Assembly: GCF_048264555.1 (NCBI RefSeq)
Contig: NZ_JBLXCX010000008.1
Location: 16,414 to 80,413 of the forward strand
Length of the DNA stretch: 64,000 nt
Direction: 5' to 3'
Origin: Kordiimonas sp.
Lineage (GTDB): Bacteria > Pseudomonadota > Alphaproteobacteria > Sphingomonadales > Kordiimonadaceae
The notes beneath the pieces are model-generated. The model was not told the DNA's origin, made no database searches, and saw only the letters and a program-made list of their open reading frames with translations. Made by a program: the position numbers and the translations under genes. Below, in pieces: positions 1 to 10,292 of the stretch; within the stretch, counting starts at the first letter, position 1; each line of letters begins with the position of its first letter.

Positions 1-2
1 TG

Positions 3-2387
3 ACATATGACCAGTGGATTCCGGAAGGGGACCGTGTGGTACGGCTGCATAGCGCCTTCTATGCGCCCGGACGTCCGCCGTTTTTAACCGTACGGTCCGC
101 CGGACGCATGATGGAAGCGATGAAAAACTACGCTTCCGCCGAGGTGGAAGACGGTGTCAGACTCGTGGTTGAGGGCACATCTATCCTTCAGGACGACCGG
201 GCCTTTGATGAAACCGTTTATTTTGCCGACGGGTCTTTCTTCAATGTTTTCCCGCTGCCATTTGCTGATGGTGATGCGAGCCGCGCCTTCTCAAAACCGA
301 TGGATCTGGTTATCAGTGAAGATGTCGCAATTCGCTATTTTGGCCGCACGGACGTAGTCGGTGAAACGCTTACATCCTGCTGTCTGGATAGCACGCCGAT
401 CACCCTTCAGGTGACGGGTGTGATCAAGAACGTGCCGGAAAATAGCCACTTTGACATCGACTTTCTGGTCTATATGGACCCTGCGATGTTCGACCCATAC
501 CCGAATATCCTCAACACCTGGACAAGCGTGAACACCTACACCTATTTCAAACTTCGTGAGGGGGCGACCGCTGCAGACCTTAAAGAGCGTCTCTACTATT
601 GGCTCGATAACGAAAGCCCCTTTGTTGAGATGGGTCGCGCACAAGGAATGGAGGGCAAACCAAGTGGGTTTATCCGCCCGAACGTAATGCCACTGCATGA
701 TCTGCACCTGCATGCCAGAAAAGACGCTGGCAACATGGGTGATTTGAACGCCATGGGTGATGTGCAAAGTGTTTATGCCTTCGCAATCGTGGCCATTCTT
801 ATCCTTGTGATCGCATCCATCAATTTCATGAACCTTGCAACCGCACGCGGCATTCGCCGGGCTCGCGAAGTGGCGCTCAGGAAAGTGATGGGCGCCTCAC
901 GGTTGCAGGTTGCCGGTCAGTTTCTTGGTGAAGCTGTTGCAGTTGCCTGTATTGCCCTTCTGGTCGCGCTCGTAGGCGTTGAGACGGCACTTCCGGTTTA
1001 TAATGATGCGATCAACCGCACGCTTGAGTTTGATCTCACGGGCGACCTGCCCCTGTTTGCTGCTCTTGTAGGGGTGGCTGTGGTCGTTGGTCTGCTTTCG
1101 GGCAGCTATCCTGCGGCTTATCTGTCGCACTTCCGGCCTGCAAAAATCCTGAAGTCCAACAAGTCGTCTGACAGTGCGGGCGCCAGCAAGTTTCGAACAA
1201 TACTCGTTGTGTTTCAGTTTGCGATTTCAATCGGCTTGATTGTCTGCACGGCGGTGATCTATGGCCAGACCCAATACGCACGTAACATGGATGTGGGCTA
1301 CAGCTACGAAAGCAAGCTTGAACTTCTGGGTATGCGCCGCGCTGGTGTTGCTGAGCAGCGGGATGCGATTGCTGACGCTCTGCGTCAGATGCCGGGTGTT
1401 GAAAGTGTTGTTTATTCAAGCGAGGCGCCAAGCCAGGACAATGAAAACAATACCGGCTTTCAACTGCTCTCAAATGAAGATGAGGGCACGGGTGGTGACG
1501 AGGTTGTCATCAACTATCACTCAATGGGGTATGATTTCTTTGAAGCCTATGACGTAAAGCCGCTGGCTGGCCGTACGTTTGACCGCGCGTTTGGTACCGA
1601 CGAGACGGTTGCGATCCCCGAGGAAGAAAACCGTATGGGAGCTTCAAGTGTGGTGATTAATGAAACCGCGATGCGGGCGCTTGGCCTTCGCTCACCTGAA
1701 GAAGCTGTTGGCCGTGTACTTCGCGCTGACGTGTGGCAGGCGGGCCAGTATGACCTCACCATCATCGGGGTTACGCCGGATATCTATTTCCGGTCACTCA
1801 AGTTTGGTGTGCGCCCAACCGTGTACTTCAACCAACCTGACCGCTTCAATGTGGCAACGATCACCTTCAACACCAATGATATCCCAGCACTTCTGAACAA
1901 TGTGGAGAAGGTCTGGAGTGAGTTTGCGCCGCTTGTGCCGATGCGCCGCGAGTTTCTGGTGGACATGCTGGATGCCCAGTATCAAGCCGAGGACGCGCAG
2001 GCCACAATGTTTGCGGCCTTCTCAGTGCTGGCGGTGATTGTGGCCTGCCTTGGGCTCTATGGCCTGGCGTCTTTCACGGCCGAACAGCGTACGAAAGAGA
2101 TCGGCATCCGCAAGGTGTTGGGGGCTACGGTGCGAGATATTGTGCAGCTACTTGTCTGGCAGTTTTCTCGTCCCGTCCTGATTGCGAACATCATCGCATG
2201 GCCGCTTGCGTGGTATGTGATGTCCGGTTGGCTTGAAGGGTTCCAATACCGTCTGGACAGCAGCTTTATCTGGGTGCTGGCCCTTGCGGCGGGGGCGATC
2301 GCACTTCTTGTCTCGTGGCTGACGGTGGCGTCTCGCGCCATCAAGGTGGCGCAGTCAAACCCTATCCACGCTCTTCGCTACGAATAG
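3..2387 (+). CDS. MacB/FtsX-family ABC transporter permease, 5'-truncated by the window edge
   Basis: Frame is open from base 3 (TYDQWIPEGDRVVRLH). It has two periplasmic+FtsX halves, with INFMNLATARGIRRAREVALRKVMGA and EQRTKEIGIRKVLGA motifs. Confidence 0.9.
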   Translation, partial: TYDQWIPEGDRVVRLHSAFYAPGRPPFLTVRSAGRMMEAMKNYASAEVEDGVRLVVEGTSILQDDRAFDETVYFADGSFFNVFPLPFADGDASRAFSKPMDLVISEDVAIRYFGRTDVVGETLTSCCLDSTPITLQVTGVIKNVPENSHFDIDFLVYMDPAMFDPYPNILNTWTSVNTYTYFKLREGATAADLKERLYYWLDNESPFVEMGRAQGMEGKPSGFIRPNVMPLHDLHLHARKDAGNMGDLNAMGDVQSVYAFAIVAILILVIASINFMNLATARGIRRAREVALRKVMGASRLQVAGQFLGEAVAVACIALLVALVGVETALPVYNDAINRTLEFDLTGDLPLFAALVGVAVVVGLLSGSYPAAYLSHFRPAKILKSNKSSDSAGASKFRTILVVFQFAISIGLIVCTAVIYGQTQYARNMDVGYSYESKLELLGMRRAGVAEQRDAIADALRQMPGVESVVYSSEAPSQDNENNTGFQLLSNEDEGTGGDEVVINYHSMGYDFFEAYDVKPLAGRTFDRAFGTDETVAIPEEENRMGASSVVINETAMRALGLRSPEEAVGRVLRADVWQAGQYDLTIIGVTPDIYFRSLKFGVRPTVYFNQPDRFNVATITFNTNDIPALLNNVEKVWSEFAPLVPMRREFLVDMLDAQYQAEDAQATMFAAFSVLAVIVACLGLYGLASFTAEQRTKEIGIRKVLGATVRDIVQLLVWQFSRPVLIANIIAWPLAWYVMSGWLEGFQYRLDSSFIWVLALAAGAIALLVSWLTVASRAIKVAQSNPIHALRYE

Positions 2388-2396
2388 GAGGACACG

Positions 2397-4832
2397 GTGT
2401 TGCTCACCCATCTGAAACTAAGCATCCGGCATATCGTCAAACAGAGGTTGTTTTCGCTCATCAATATTGTGGGGCTCGCCGTTGGGCTCGCGAGCTGTGT
2501 TGCGATCCTTCTTTTTGTGCGTGACGAGATGTCCTATGACAGCTTCTGGCCAGAGGGTGAGCAAATCCATCACATTACGTGGCACAGCACGCCGGAAGGG
2601 CGGGGTGAGCTCTATCTTGGTGCAACACCCGGCCCAATCGGCCCTTTGCTTGCCAGTGATTTCGGGGCGGATATGGAGGCGGTAACCCGCGTCACCAATT
2701 CGTCAGAAGCCATTATTCGTGACGGACAGGGCTTGCCCGCCACAGCATATTTTGTGGACGCGAACTTCTTTGATGTGTTCCAGCCACGGTTCTTAGCGGG
2801 TGCCAGAGAGACGGCGCTTCAGGATGTCTCCGGCCTCGTGATCACGGAGAGTGCGGCCCAAAAGTTCTTTGGGGAACGCGATGTGCTTGGCAAGGAAATT
2901 CACTTCGGCTCTGGTCGTAGCTTTATCGTCTCCGGCGTGATTGAGGACCTGCCGCCAAATACCCAGTTCAGTTATGAAGTGATCGTGCCGCTCCTGGATA
3001 CAGACTTTGTTGAGGACGGCCATGTCCTGACAGAGAGCTGGGACAACATCGGCTTCATGACATTTGCGAAGCTCAGGAAGGGTGTGGCAGCCACGCGGTT
3101 CGATACCCTGTTTGGGCCGTTTCTTGACCGTTATGCCCCGGATTGGGGGCCGGATTTTGTGGCCTCAAAACGCTGGCAGATGGAGCTGGTGCCCGTTGCG
3201 GACATGCATATGTATGGCCCGGCGCGGGCGGTATACAAGCCCAAGGGGGATATCAATACGGTGTATGCCTTTGTGGCCATTGCTCTCCTGATTCTTGTGA
3301 TTGCCTGCCTGAATTTCATGAATTTGGCCACTGCGCGCTCTGCGGCGCGGGCACGTGAGGTGGCTGTGAGGAAAGTATTGGGAGCGGGCCGGGCAGACAT
3401 CATCAGACAGTTCCTTGTGGAAACGGCTGTGATGGTAGGCCTGTCGGTTATCCTCGCGCTCACAATCCTTGAGCTGGTCCTGCCGTATCTCAATGAGGTT
3501 TTGGCCAAAGTGCTGCGGCTTGATTATGCGGGGGACCCGCTATCGCTTGCGGCTCTTGCCGGGCTTGCACTGATCACTGTGATTGGGGCTGGTCTTCACC
3601 CGGCCTTGGCCACATCACGTTATCTGCCCGCGCGGGTTCTGCGGGCGGGGCGGTCTGAACCCGCAGGGTCCGTGCGTCTGCGCATGGCGCTTGTGGTTAT
3701 CCAGTTCGCGATTTCCATCTTCCTTATCACCGCAACAACCATCGTCTATCGCCAGCTTGGTCATATGCAGTCTATCGACCGGGGCTTTGATGCGGAGAAT
3801 GTTCTCTGGGTCAGCAAGATGAGCGATGCTGCTGTCGCACCCATGCAGGAAGCGTTTAAAAAACGGTTGCTGGACCATCCAGATGTGGTGAGCGCAGCCT
3901 ATAGCTGGACGCTGCCAGGATACAGCGGCCGCAGCTATAACGGTGTATCAGGTGTTGACGGCAAGGAAGTATCACCAACGGTGATCACCACCCGTTATGT
4001 GGATGAAGATTATTTCGCAACCTATGGCACTGGTGTAACCGACGGGCGTTCGTTCTCAAGGGCCTATGGCACAGACCCCATGCGTGAGCGGGGGGAGGCC
4101 GACTGGCACGATGGTGCAGGCCTCGTGAACCGGGCCGCGCTGGACTATCTGGGGCTAGGGACTGCCGCAGAAGCTGTGGGGAAAACCATCCAGCTCGATA
4201 CCATCACCGTTACGATTATTGGCGTGGTGGAAAACACACTGGTTGATCATGTGGCCTCCGGGTCGGAACCCATGCTGTATGTCAATGATCCGGGTTCCTA
4301 TGCTCGCCTTGGTGTGCGCTACCGCGGTGGTGATGTAGCCATCAAGGATGTAGTTGAGGGTATCTGGCGTGAGATGTTCCCGCTTGTGCCGCCCCGCATG
4401 GGCTTTCTGGACGAAACACTGGAAGCACAGTTTGCCGCAGACCGGGAGCGGGGTTTCATTTTTGCAGTTTTCTCCGGCCTCGCCATATTGATCAGCCTTC
4501 TGGGGCTCTATGGGCTCGCAAGTTTCTCAACGGCGCAACGTGCCAAGGAAATCAGCGTACGCAAAGTGCTGGGTGCCCGTGTCAGGGACATCGTGTCCCT
4601 GCTCGTGTGGCAGTTCTCGAAACCCGTGTTGTTCGCGAGCCTTATTGCGTGGCCGCTCGCTGTCTATTTCATGCAAAGCTGGTTGATGCGTTTCCCAAGC
4701 CAGGTGGGTTTTGACGCGCTCACGTTCCTCGCACCAAGCATTGGTGCCCTGGTTCTGGCGTGGCTTGCCGTTGGGGGGCACGCAGCCGTTGTAGCATCCA
4801 GTAACCCTATCGCGGCCTTGAAAGAAGAATAG
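2397..4832 (+). CDS. MacB/FtsX-family ABC transporter permease (tandem paralog)
   Basis: GGAGG RBS and GTG start; NFMNLATARSAARAREVAVRKVLGA and QRAKEISVRKVLGA motifs; 811 aa. Confidence 0.9.
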   Translation: MLLTHLKLSIRHIVKQRLFSLINIVGLAVGLASCVAILLFVRDEMSYDSFWPEGEQIHHITWHSTPEGRGELYLGATPGPIGPLLASDFGADMEAVTRVTNSSEAIIRDGQGLPATAYFVDANFFDVFQPRFLAGARETALQDVSGLVITESAAQKFFGERDVLGKEIHFGSGRSFIVSGVIEDLPPNTQFSYEVIVPLLDTDFVEDGHVLTESWDNIGFMTFAKLRKGVAATRFDTLFGPFLDRYAPDWGPDFVASKRWQMELVPVADMHMYGPARAVYKPKGDINTVYAFVAIALLILVIACLNFMNLATARSAARAREVAVRKVLGAGRADIIRQFLVETAVMVGLSVILALTILELVLPYLNEVLAKVLRLDYAGDPLSLAALAGLALITVIGAGLHPALATSRYLPARVLRAGRSEPAGSVRLRMALVVIQFAISIFLITATTIVYRQLGHMQSIDRGFDAENVLWVSKMSDAAVAPMQEAFKKRLLDHPDVVSAAYSWTLPGYSGRSYNGVSGVDGKEVSPTVITTRYVDEDYFATYGTGVTDGRSFSRAYGTDPMRERGEADWHDGAGLVNRAALDYLGLGTAAEAVGKTIQLDTITVTIIGVVENTLVDHVASGSEPMLYVNDPGSYARLGVRYRGGDVAIKDVVEGIWREMFPLVPPRMGFLDETLEAQFAADRERGFIFAVFSGLAILISLLGLYGLASFSTAQRAKEISVRKVLGARVRDIVSLLVWQFSKPVLFASLIAWPLAVYFMQSWLMRFPSQVGFDALTFLAPSIGALVLAWLAVGGHAAVVASSNPIAALKEE

Positions 4833-4878
4833 GCCAACAAATCTCTCGCGTCGGGAGGCAACTCCCGGGCAACAACTC

Positions 4879-4904
4879 AAAGGGGGCATTTGCCCCCTTT
4901 CTTT
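4879..4904 (+). terminator. Intrinsic terminator
   Basis: AAAGGGGGCA-TT-TGCCCCCTTT hairpin followed by CTTTT, downstream of the permease pair. Confidence 0.7.
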
Positions 4905-5079
4905 TATCTGATGCACGTCTGTGTTGTATCGGTGATCTCTCAATTTTAGTTAACATTTTAGCCATTCCTTGACGAAAAGCTTAGGAATGCGTGAGATACT
5001 GCCAATATCAGGCCAGTATAGTTGCAGTAGAACCTTCAGGCACCAGAAGGCTATTTCATTGAGTACAACGGACATCACC

Positions 5080-6069
5080 ATGCTGATTGATACTGTAAAA
5101 CTGGAAAAAATGGCGCTCGCGAAGCGGGTGGGCCAATTTCTTGTTGCGGAACAGGTGCAGGAAGAACGCGCAACGGTAGAGAATGTTGCGCGTGTTCTGG
5201 CGCAGGATGTCAGCGCGCAGGTGCGTGAGGTGTTGGCTTATGAACTGCGTAAATGCAAAGTGCTTGCGACTGATCTGGCCGAAAAGATCGCCCATGATGT
5301 AGAGAGCGTCTCAGGCGCTTTCCTTGGCGAGACCATGGTGTTTACCGATAAGGAATGGCTTAAGCTTATCCCCGGCCTCAAGGAGCCCAGCCTTGTGGTT
5401 GTGGCGCGCCGGAAGGACCTCAGTGATTCTGTGCAAGCCAAACTGGCGACCGTGGGTCAGGAGCCGACGGTAACGTCGCTTGTGCGGAACGACAACCTCA
5501 CCCTCGCTGAAGTGGCCTGTGATAAGGTGGTGGACCGGTTTGGTGATAATCGCCGCATGATGGACCACCTTGGCGCCCGCGCTGACCTGCCGCTCAAGGT
5601 TGTTGAACGCATTATCAACAATGTATCCGATCATTGCCGCGAAATGCTGATCGAGCATTATGCCGTTGATCAGGGCATCGCTTCAAAGATGGCGGAAGAC
5701 AGCAAGATTGAAGTTCTGTGGACGCAGCTCAAAAACGCGAGCCCGACCCAAATTCATGCTTTTGTTACCGACCTCAGGAACGACCGCCGCCTCAATTACC
5801 TTCTGGTGATCGAGATTACTGGGCGTGGTTGCCCAAGTTTTATGGAAAGCTCGCTGGCGCTGGAGGCAGGGCTGCCGCTTGGTCGTATTCGCGAAATACT
5901 CTCGCTTGAGGACCCGGCCGCGTTTGTGCGCTTGATGCAAATGGCGAATGTGAGCAAATCCATGGCGCCGCGTTTCCTGCAGCTCGCGAAAAAATTCTAC
6001 AGCAAAACCAGCAATGTGACACCAATCAAGAAGGACGAAGACAGCGCCCAAAAGGATGCCGTCGCCTGA
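5080..6069 (+). CDS. DUF2336-family protein
   Basis: Helical repeats typical of DUF2336 (VREVLAYELRKC, LAHDVESVS, VARRKDLS, LVRNDN). ATG 5080 preferred over the track TTG at 4969. Confidence 0.75.
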   Translation: MLIDTVKLEKMALAKRVGQFLVAEQVQEERATVENVARVLAQDVSAQVREVLAYELRKCKVLATDLAEKIAHDVESVSGAFLGETMVFTDKEWLKLIPGLKEPSLVVVARRKDLSDSVQAKLATVGQEPTVTSLVRNDNLTLAEVACDKVVDRFGDNRRMMDHLGARADLPLKVVERIINNVSDHCREMLIEHYAVDQGIASKMAEDSKIEVLWTQLKNASPTQIHAFVTDLRNDRRLNYLLVIEITGRGCPSFMESSLALEAGLPLGRIREILSLEDPAAFVRLMQMANVSKSMAPRFLQLAKKFYSKTSNVTPIKKDEDSAQKDAVA

Positions 6070-6092
6070 TACTGCTTGGTGTCATTCTCCTT

Positions 6093-6126
6093 TACCCTGC
6101 AAGCATGTTTTGCGGGGTATTTTTTT
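6093..6126 (+). terminator. Intrinsic terminator
   Basis: TACCCTGCAA / TTGCGGGGTA stem followed by a T run. Confidence 0.65.
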
Positions 6127-6294
6127 GTGAGCTGGCAACAGTGTGAAGCTCTGTTTGTACTGGTTGGAATGCACCCCAAAACCACGAGCAATTAATGAAA
6201 ATTTTACGGATTAATTGATTAAATAATAAGACTTGGGTGCCAGAATATCCGCTGCCATAGAAAATGGTGTGGGAATTATATTGGAGTCGAAAAA

Positions 6295-7269
6295 GTGATG
6301 AGTTTGGCCCTTGGCAACCTGGTCAACGCGGATCGCCTAGAAAAGGTGGTGTTGGCGCAGCGTGTTTCGCGTTTCCTGAGTTCAGAGGGAAGAAATACGG
6401 AAGAAGTAGAGGCCGCGACAAATATTGCGCGGGCGCTGGCGCAGGACCTTAGCGTTCAGGTGCGTGAGACCCTGGCGTTTGAACTTCGTCTTTGTCGGCA
6501 TTTGCCGCAAGATTTGGCCGCGCGCATCGCAAGCGATGTGGAAAGCGTCTCTGGTGCTTTTGTGGAAACTACATTTGCCCTGAGCGATAGCCAGTGGGCA
6601 GGCCTGATCCCTCATCTTGAAGAGCATGCGCATATTCGGCTCGCGCGCCGCAGCGATATTGGCGAGCAGACAGCGCTTGCGCTTGTCGCCAGCGGCTCCG
6701 GTAAAACCGTCACCTATGTGATGAAGAACATCAATATCAAGATCACGGGCGAGATTTGTGACAAGACGCTGCAGCGCTTCTCAATAGAGCAGGGCGTGAT
6801 GGATGCGATGGCGCACCGTGAAGACCTGCCCATCGCGGTGGCGGAGCGAATAATCGCCCTCGTGTCCGAGCAGTGTCGTCAGGTTCTTTTGAGCAATTAT
6901 GCCCTGCCAGACCAGGTGGTGGGAGAGCTGCTCTTTAAAACCCAGAATGAAACACTGTGGCGACAGATTGCGCAGGCTGGGCCAGCCCAGGTGCATGGGT
7001 ATGTGGTGGATTTGAAGAAGCAGGGCCGTTTGTCTGAAATGCTGACGCTGGAGATGGTTGAGCGGGGTAGTTTTCAGTTCCTTGGTAGCGCACTGGCGAT
7101 AGAAGCTGGTGTAACGCTGGGCGAGGTGCGGGCCGTGCTTGAACAAGGTGAGTTGCGTGCGCTTCTGGCACTCATCCAAAAAGCGGGGTATGGCAAAACA
7201 TCTGCCCAACGTATATTTCGCATACTCAAAGAAAATGACATTGCAATAAACCGTACCGGTAGCCACTGA
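6295..7269 (+). CDS. DUF2336-family protein (tandem paralog)
   Basis: Aligns by eye with the upstream gene (LEKVVLAQRV, ARALAQDLSVQVRETLAFELR, DVESVSGAF). Confidence 0.75.
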   Translation: MMSLALGNLVNADRLEKVVLAQRVSRFLSSEGRNTEEVEAATNIARALAQDLSVQVRETLAFELRLCRHLPQDLAARIASDVESVSGAFVETTFALSDSQWAGLIPHLEEHAHIRLARRSDIGEQTALALVASGSGKTVTYVMKNINIKITGEICDKTLQRFSIEQGVMDAMAHREDLPIAVAERIIALVSEQCRQVLLSNYALPDQVVGELLFKTQNETLWRQIAQAGPAQVHGYVVDLKKQGRLSEMLTLEMVERGSFQFLGSALAIEAGVTLGEVRAVLEQGELRALLALIQKAGYGKTSAQRIFRILKENDIAINRTGSH

Positions 7270-7301
7270 AAGGCACTGGTCTATCGCGCTCTCAGGTGGG
7301 T

Positions 7302-7937
7302 CTAACGATCCACCTGTTTTAGTATGGCGGCATGGTCACTTTTATTCGCGAGTATGCGTATTGGGATGAGTATGAGCCCCGCCGCTATAACACCCGCGAT
7401 GGTACTGACAAGCCATCCATCTGCCGCGAAAAACTCTCCGGTCCGGCTCACCACAATCATGATAACTGTGCACCACACTGCGCCGCCAAGGCCCGCGACG
7501 GTGATAAAACGCGTGGGCGACAGGTGCAGGTAGCCAAACACCAGATAGACTATGCTGCGCGTGCCCGGGATAACGCGTGACAGCAATAAAACACTCGTCT
7601 GTTTTGGCGTGATCCAGGCCTCAAGTTTGGCCATGCCCTTCGCGGGTAGCCACCGGGCAGCCCATGGCAGTTCCTTGGTCATATAGCCAAATAGATAAAC
7701 AGCGCAGTCACCCGCCAGGATGGCTGTGGTCAGCGCTGCGGTCGTGGCAATGCCGCCAAGAAGCCCAGCACCGACCATAATGCCAGCTGCGATCACGGCG
7801 GCGGTGTCAAAAAACAGCGATAGCGCCATCAGCGCCAGCGTAAGCTGTAGGGGCTCAGCCGCGAAAGACTGTAACCACATCATGAAGTCTTCAATGAGCA
7901 TTTGGCCTAACGCTTCCTCAGGTGTGATGTTACGCAT
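7302..7937 (-). CDS. DedA/VTT-family membrane protein
   Basis: Hydrophobic; GDCAVYLFG and SRVIPGTR motifs. The start may be ATG 7901. Confidence 0.8.
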   Translation of the reverse strand: MRNITPEEALGQMLIEDFMMWLQSFAAEPLQLTLALMALSLFFDTAAVIAAGIMVGAGLLGGIATTAALTTAILAGDCAVYLFGYMTKELPWAARWLPAKGMAKLEAWITPKQTSVLLLSRVIPGTRSIVYLVFGYLHLSPTRFITVAGLGGAVWCTVIMIVVSRTGEFFAADGWLVSTIAGVIAAGLILIPIRILANKSDHAAILKQVDR

Positions 7938-8029
7938 ACCCTAGTGGGCGTTGACGGTCTTGTCATCTTGCGGTCATCATCATTTATGTATAAAAGAATC
8001 CATAATTCTGGAAATAAGGAATTTTAAGC

Positions 8030-8527
8030 GTGACCCAATCCCCTTACAGAGTATTGATCTTGTGTACCGGAAATTCGGCGCGGTCAGTGCTTGCGGAAGC
8101 AATCCTGAACCGGCGCGGTGCGGGTCGCTTTGAGGCTTTTAGTGCCGGTAGTAAGCCCGCAGGTAAGGTGAACCCTTATGCCTTGAAGCTCCTCGCGAGC
8201 AAGGGATACGACACCGCCGGTTTTCGCTCAAAAAGCTGGGATGAGTTTGCAGGGGCCGGTGCACCCGAAATGGATCTGGTTATCACGGTATGCTCAAACG
8301 CCGCCGGGGAGACATGCCCTATCTGGTCAGGTGCGCCGGTGCAGATACACTCAGGCTACCGTGACCCTGCAGCAGCTACCGGAACAGATGAAGAGATACT
8401 CGCCGTTTTCAGTGAAGTTTATGATGAGATTGACCAGTTTATGCAGGTGCTCGTCGCCACAGACACCACTGCAATTTCGCCGCAGGAACTTAAGGCCCGT
8501 TTGATGGCGGCGGCAAACAATGACTGA
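8030..8527 (+). CDS. arsC: Arsenate reductase, LMW-PTPase fold
   Basis: ILCTGNSARS P-loop, DLVITVC and CP motifs; overlaps the aquaglyceroporin gene. Confidence 0.85.
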   Translation: MTQSPYRVLILCTGNSARSVLAEAILNRRGAGRFEAFSAGSKPAGKVNPYALKLLASKGYDTAGFRSKSWDEFAGAGAPEMDLVITVCSNAAGETCPIWSGAPVQIHSGYRDPAAATGTDEEILAVFSEVYDEIDQFMQVLVATDTTAISPQELKARLMAAANND

Positions 8528-9206
8528 TCGGGAGGGCACGGTGGCAATGCACCAAAAACTGTTGGCGGAACTTGTGGGCACCATCATGCTGCTCGCAACC
8601 GTGGTGGGTTCCGGCATCATGGGGGAAACACTCGCGGCGGGTAATGCAGCTGTTGCACTCTGGGGGAACACGGCGGCAACAGGGGCTATCCTGATTGTGC
8701 TGATCCTTGCTTTTGGCCCCATCTCCGGCGCGCATTTCAACCCGGCGGTTACCCTTGTATTCCTCGCGAAAGGTGAGGTCTCAAGGCAGCAGGCAGCGGC
8801 CTATATTGGGGTGCAGATCATTGGTGCGGTGCTGGGGGTTGTGCTCGCGCATGCCATGTTTGACCAAGCACTTATCCAAACCTCCCTTCATATCCGCACC
8901 GGTACAGGCCAGTGGATCAGCGAGGCGGTTGCCACCTTCGGGCTATTGCTCGCGATCCTTGGCACACTGCGCGCGCGCCCTGATGCAGTGCCCTATGCTG
9001 TGGGGCTTTATATCACAGCAGGTTACTGGTTTACGGCCAGCACGAGCTTCGCAAATCCCGCGGTGACAATCGCACGGTCCATGACCAATACCTTCTCTGG
9101 CATCGCCCCCTCGGATGTATGGCCCTTTATTGCGATGCAATTCATTGGTGCTTTTATCGCTCTTTTCTTGTTCAAGGCGCTCGGGAAGCGTAATCTGGCC
9201 TCCTAG
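8520..9206 (+). CDS. MIP-family aquaglyceroporin (AqpS-like arsenite channel)
   Basis: Two NPA motifs (GAHFNPAVT, SFANPAVT); coupled to arsC. Confidence 0.85.
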   Translation: MTDREGTVAMHQKLLAELVGTIMLLATVVGSGIMGETLAAGNAAVALWGNTAATGAILIVLILAFGPISGAHFNPAVTLVFLAKGEVSRQQAAAYIGVQIIGAVLGVVLAHAMFDQALIQTSLHIRTGTGQWISEAVATFGLLLAILGTLRARPDAVPYAVGLYITAGYWFTASTSFANPAVTIARSMTNTFSGIAPSDVWPFIAMQFIGAFIALFLFKALGKRNLAS

Positions 9207-9229
9207 TCCAATCTGGCAAGAGGTTATAT

Positions 9230-9760
9230 ATGAAGGACTTGAAGTCCTATATCCGCACGGTTCCTGATTTCCCGAAAGAGGGTATTCAGTTCCGGGATGT
9301 CACAACACTTCTGGGGAACCCGGCATCTTTTCGGCATGCGGTTGATGCCATTGTCGCGGCATTCAAGAATGACAAGGTCCAGAAAGTCGCAGCGATTGAA
9401 GCGCGTGGGTTTGTGCTTGGGGGTGCCATTGCACACCGGTTGGGCGCAGGCTTTATTCCCATCCGCAAGGAAGGCAAGTTGCCTGAGCAAACCATCGCGG
9501 AAAGCTATTCACTTGAATATGGCGAGGCCACACTTGAGATGCATCTTGACGCCCTTGCGCCAGGCGACCGTATCCTTGTGGTTGATGACCTGATCGCCAC
9601 GGGTGGCACGGTAGACGCAGCGCTTGCGCTTATCGACCGGCAGGGTGGCGACGTAGTTGGTTGCGCCTTTGTGGTGGACCTGCCAGACCTTGGCGGTAGC
9701 ACAAAGCTCAAGGCCCGCTGTGAACGGGTTGTGAGCCTGTGCAGCTTCGACGGTGACTGA
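9230..9760 (+). CDS. apt: Adenine phosphoribosyltransferase
   Basis: IRTVPDFPKEGIQFRD, EARGF and VVDDLIATGGT motifs. Confidence 0.95.
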   Translation: MKDLKSYIRTVPDFPKEGIQFRDVTTLLGNPASFRHAVDAIVAAFKNDKVQKVAAIEARGFVLGGAIAHRLGAGFIPIRKEGKLPEQTIAESYSLEYGEATLEMHLDALAPGDRILVVDDLIATGGTVDAALALIDRQGGDVVGCAFVVDLPDLGGSTKLKARCERVVSLCSFDGD

Positions 9761-9770
9761 GAGAAAAGAT

Positions 9771-9795
9771 GCCGCATGGACTATATCCATGCGGC
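9771..9795. terminator. Hairpin between convergent genes
   Basis: Perfect 10-bp stem GCCGCATGGA-CTATA-TCCATGCGGC. Confidence 0.65.
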
Positions 9796-9816
9796 TTATC
9801 GTTATGCCCCGGTTTT

Positions 9817-10191
9817 TTATGTTTCAGTGTTCTTAAACACAATCACCGCAAACAGGATCATCGCCACCAGAACAACGATCGATGATATGCCCGCCAGCGG
9901 TTCTATTCCGGGAAATCCTGCAAACATTGAATAAAGCGCCACCACCATACCGATGAGGCCAAGGTGTGCCAGCCATTTGTGTGCCACCATCAGTTTGCTC
10001 ACTTCAATGTCACCAAAACCCCGGTAGATGACACCATAAAGCGCCATAGATACCCAACCCAGCAACATAAGGTGAGCGTGGGTGGGCATCTGGCTATGGT
10101 CGTGTGATGAAGCCATATGGATGCCCATCACCATACCGAGCACAGCATATATCACCGCCGCCCGAAGGAAGTGTCCAGACAGTTTAGTCAT
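9817..10191 (-). CDS. Small 4-TM membrane protein with HAH motif (heme-copper oxidase subunit I-like segment)
   Basis: GMVMGIHM...PTHAHLMLLGWVSMALYG; four hydrophobic helices. Confidence 0.65.
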   Translation of the reverse strand: MTKLSGHFLRAAVIYAVLGMVMGIHMASSHDHSQMPTHAHLMLLGWVSMALYGVIYRGFGDIEVSKLMVAHKWLAHLGLIGMVVALYSMFAGFPGIEPLAGISSIVVLVAMILFAVIVFKNTET

Positions 10192-10292
10192 GATAGATTT
10201 TCTCCAAAAATACTGAACCGGCCCCTATGCTCCGCACATGGTTCAGCGTCAATCGGCAGAAAAACTATAACAGTTCCATCGTTTTTGTATAG

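Noticed and set aside
6190-6225. CtrA boxes upstream of the DUF2336 gene
   Set aside because: Several TTAA tetramers, but none with the required 7-bp spacing.
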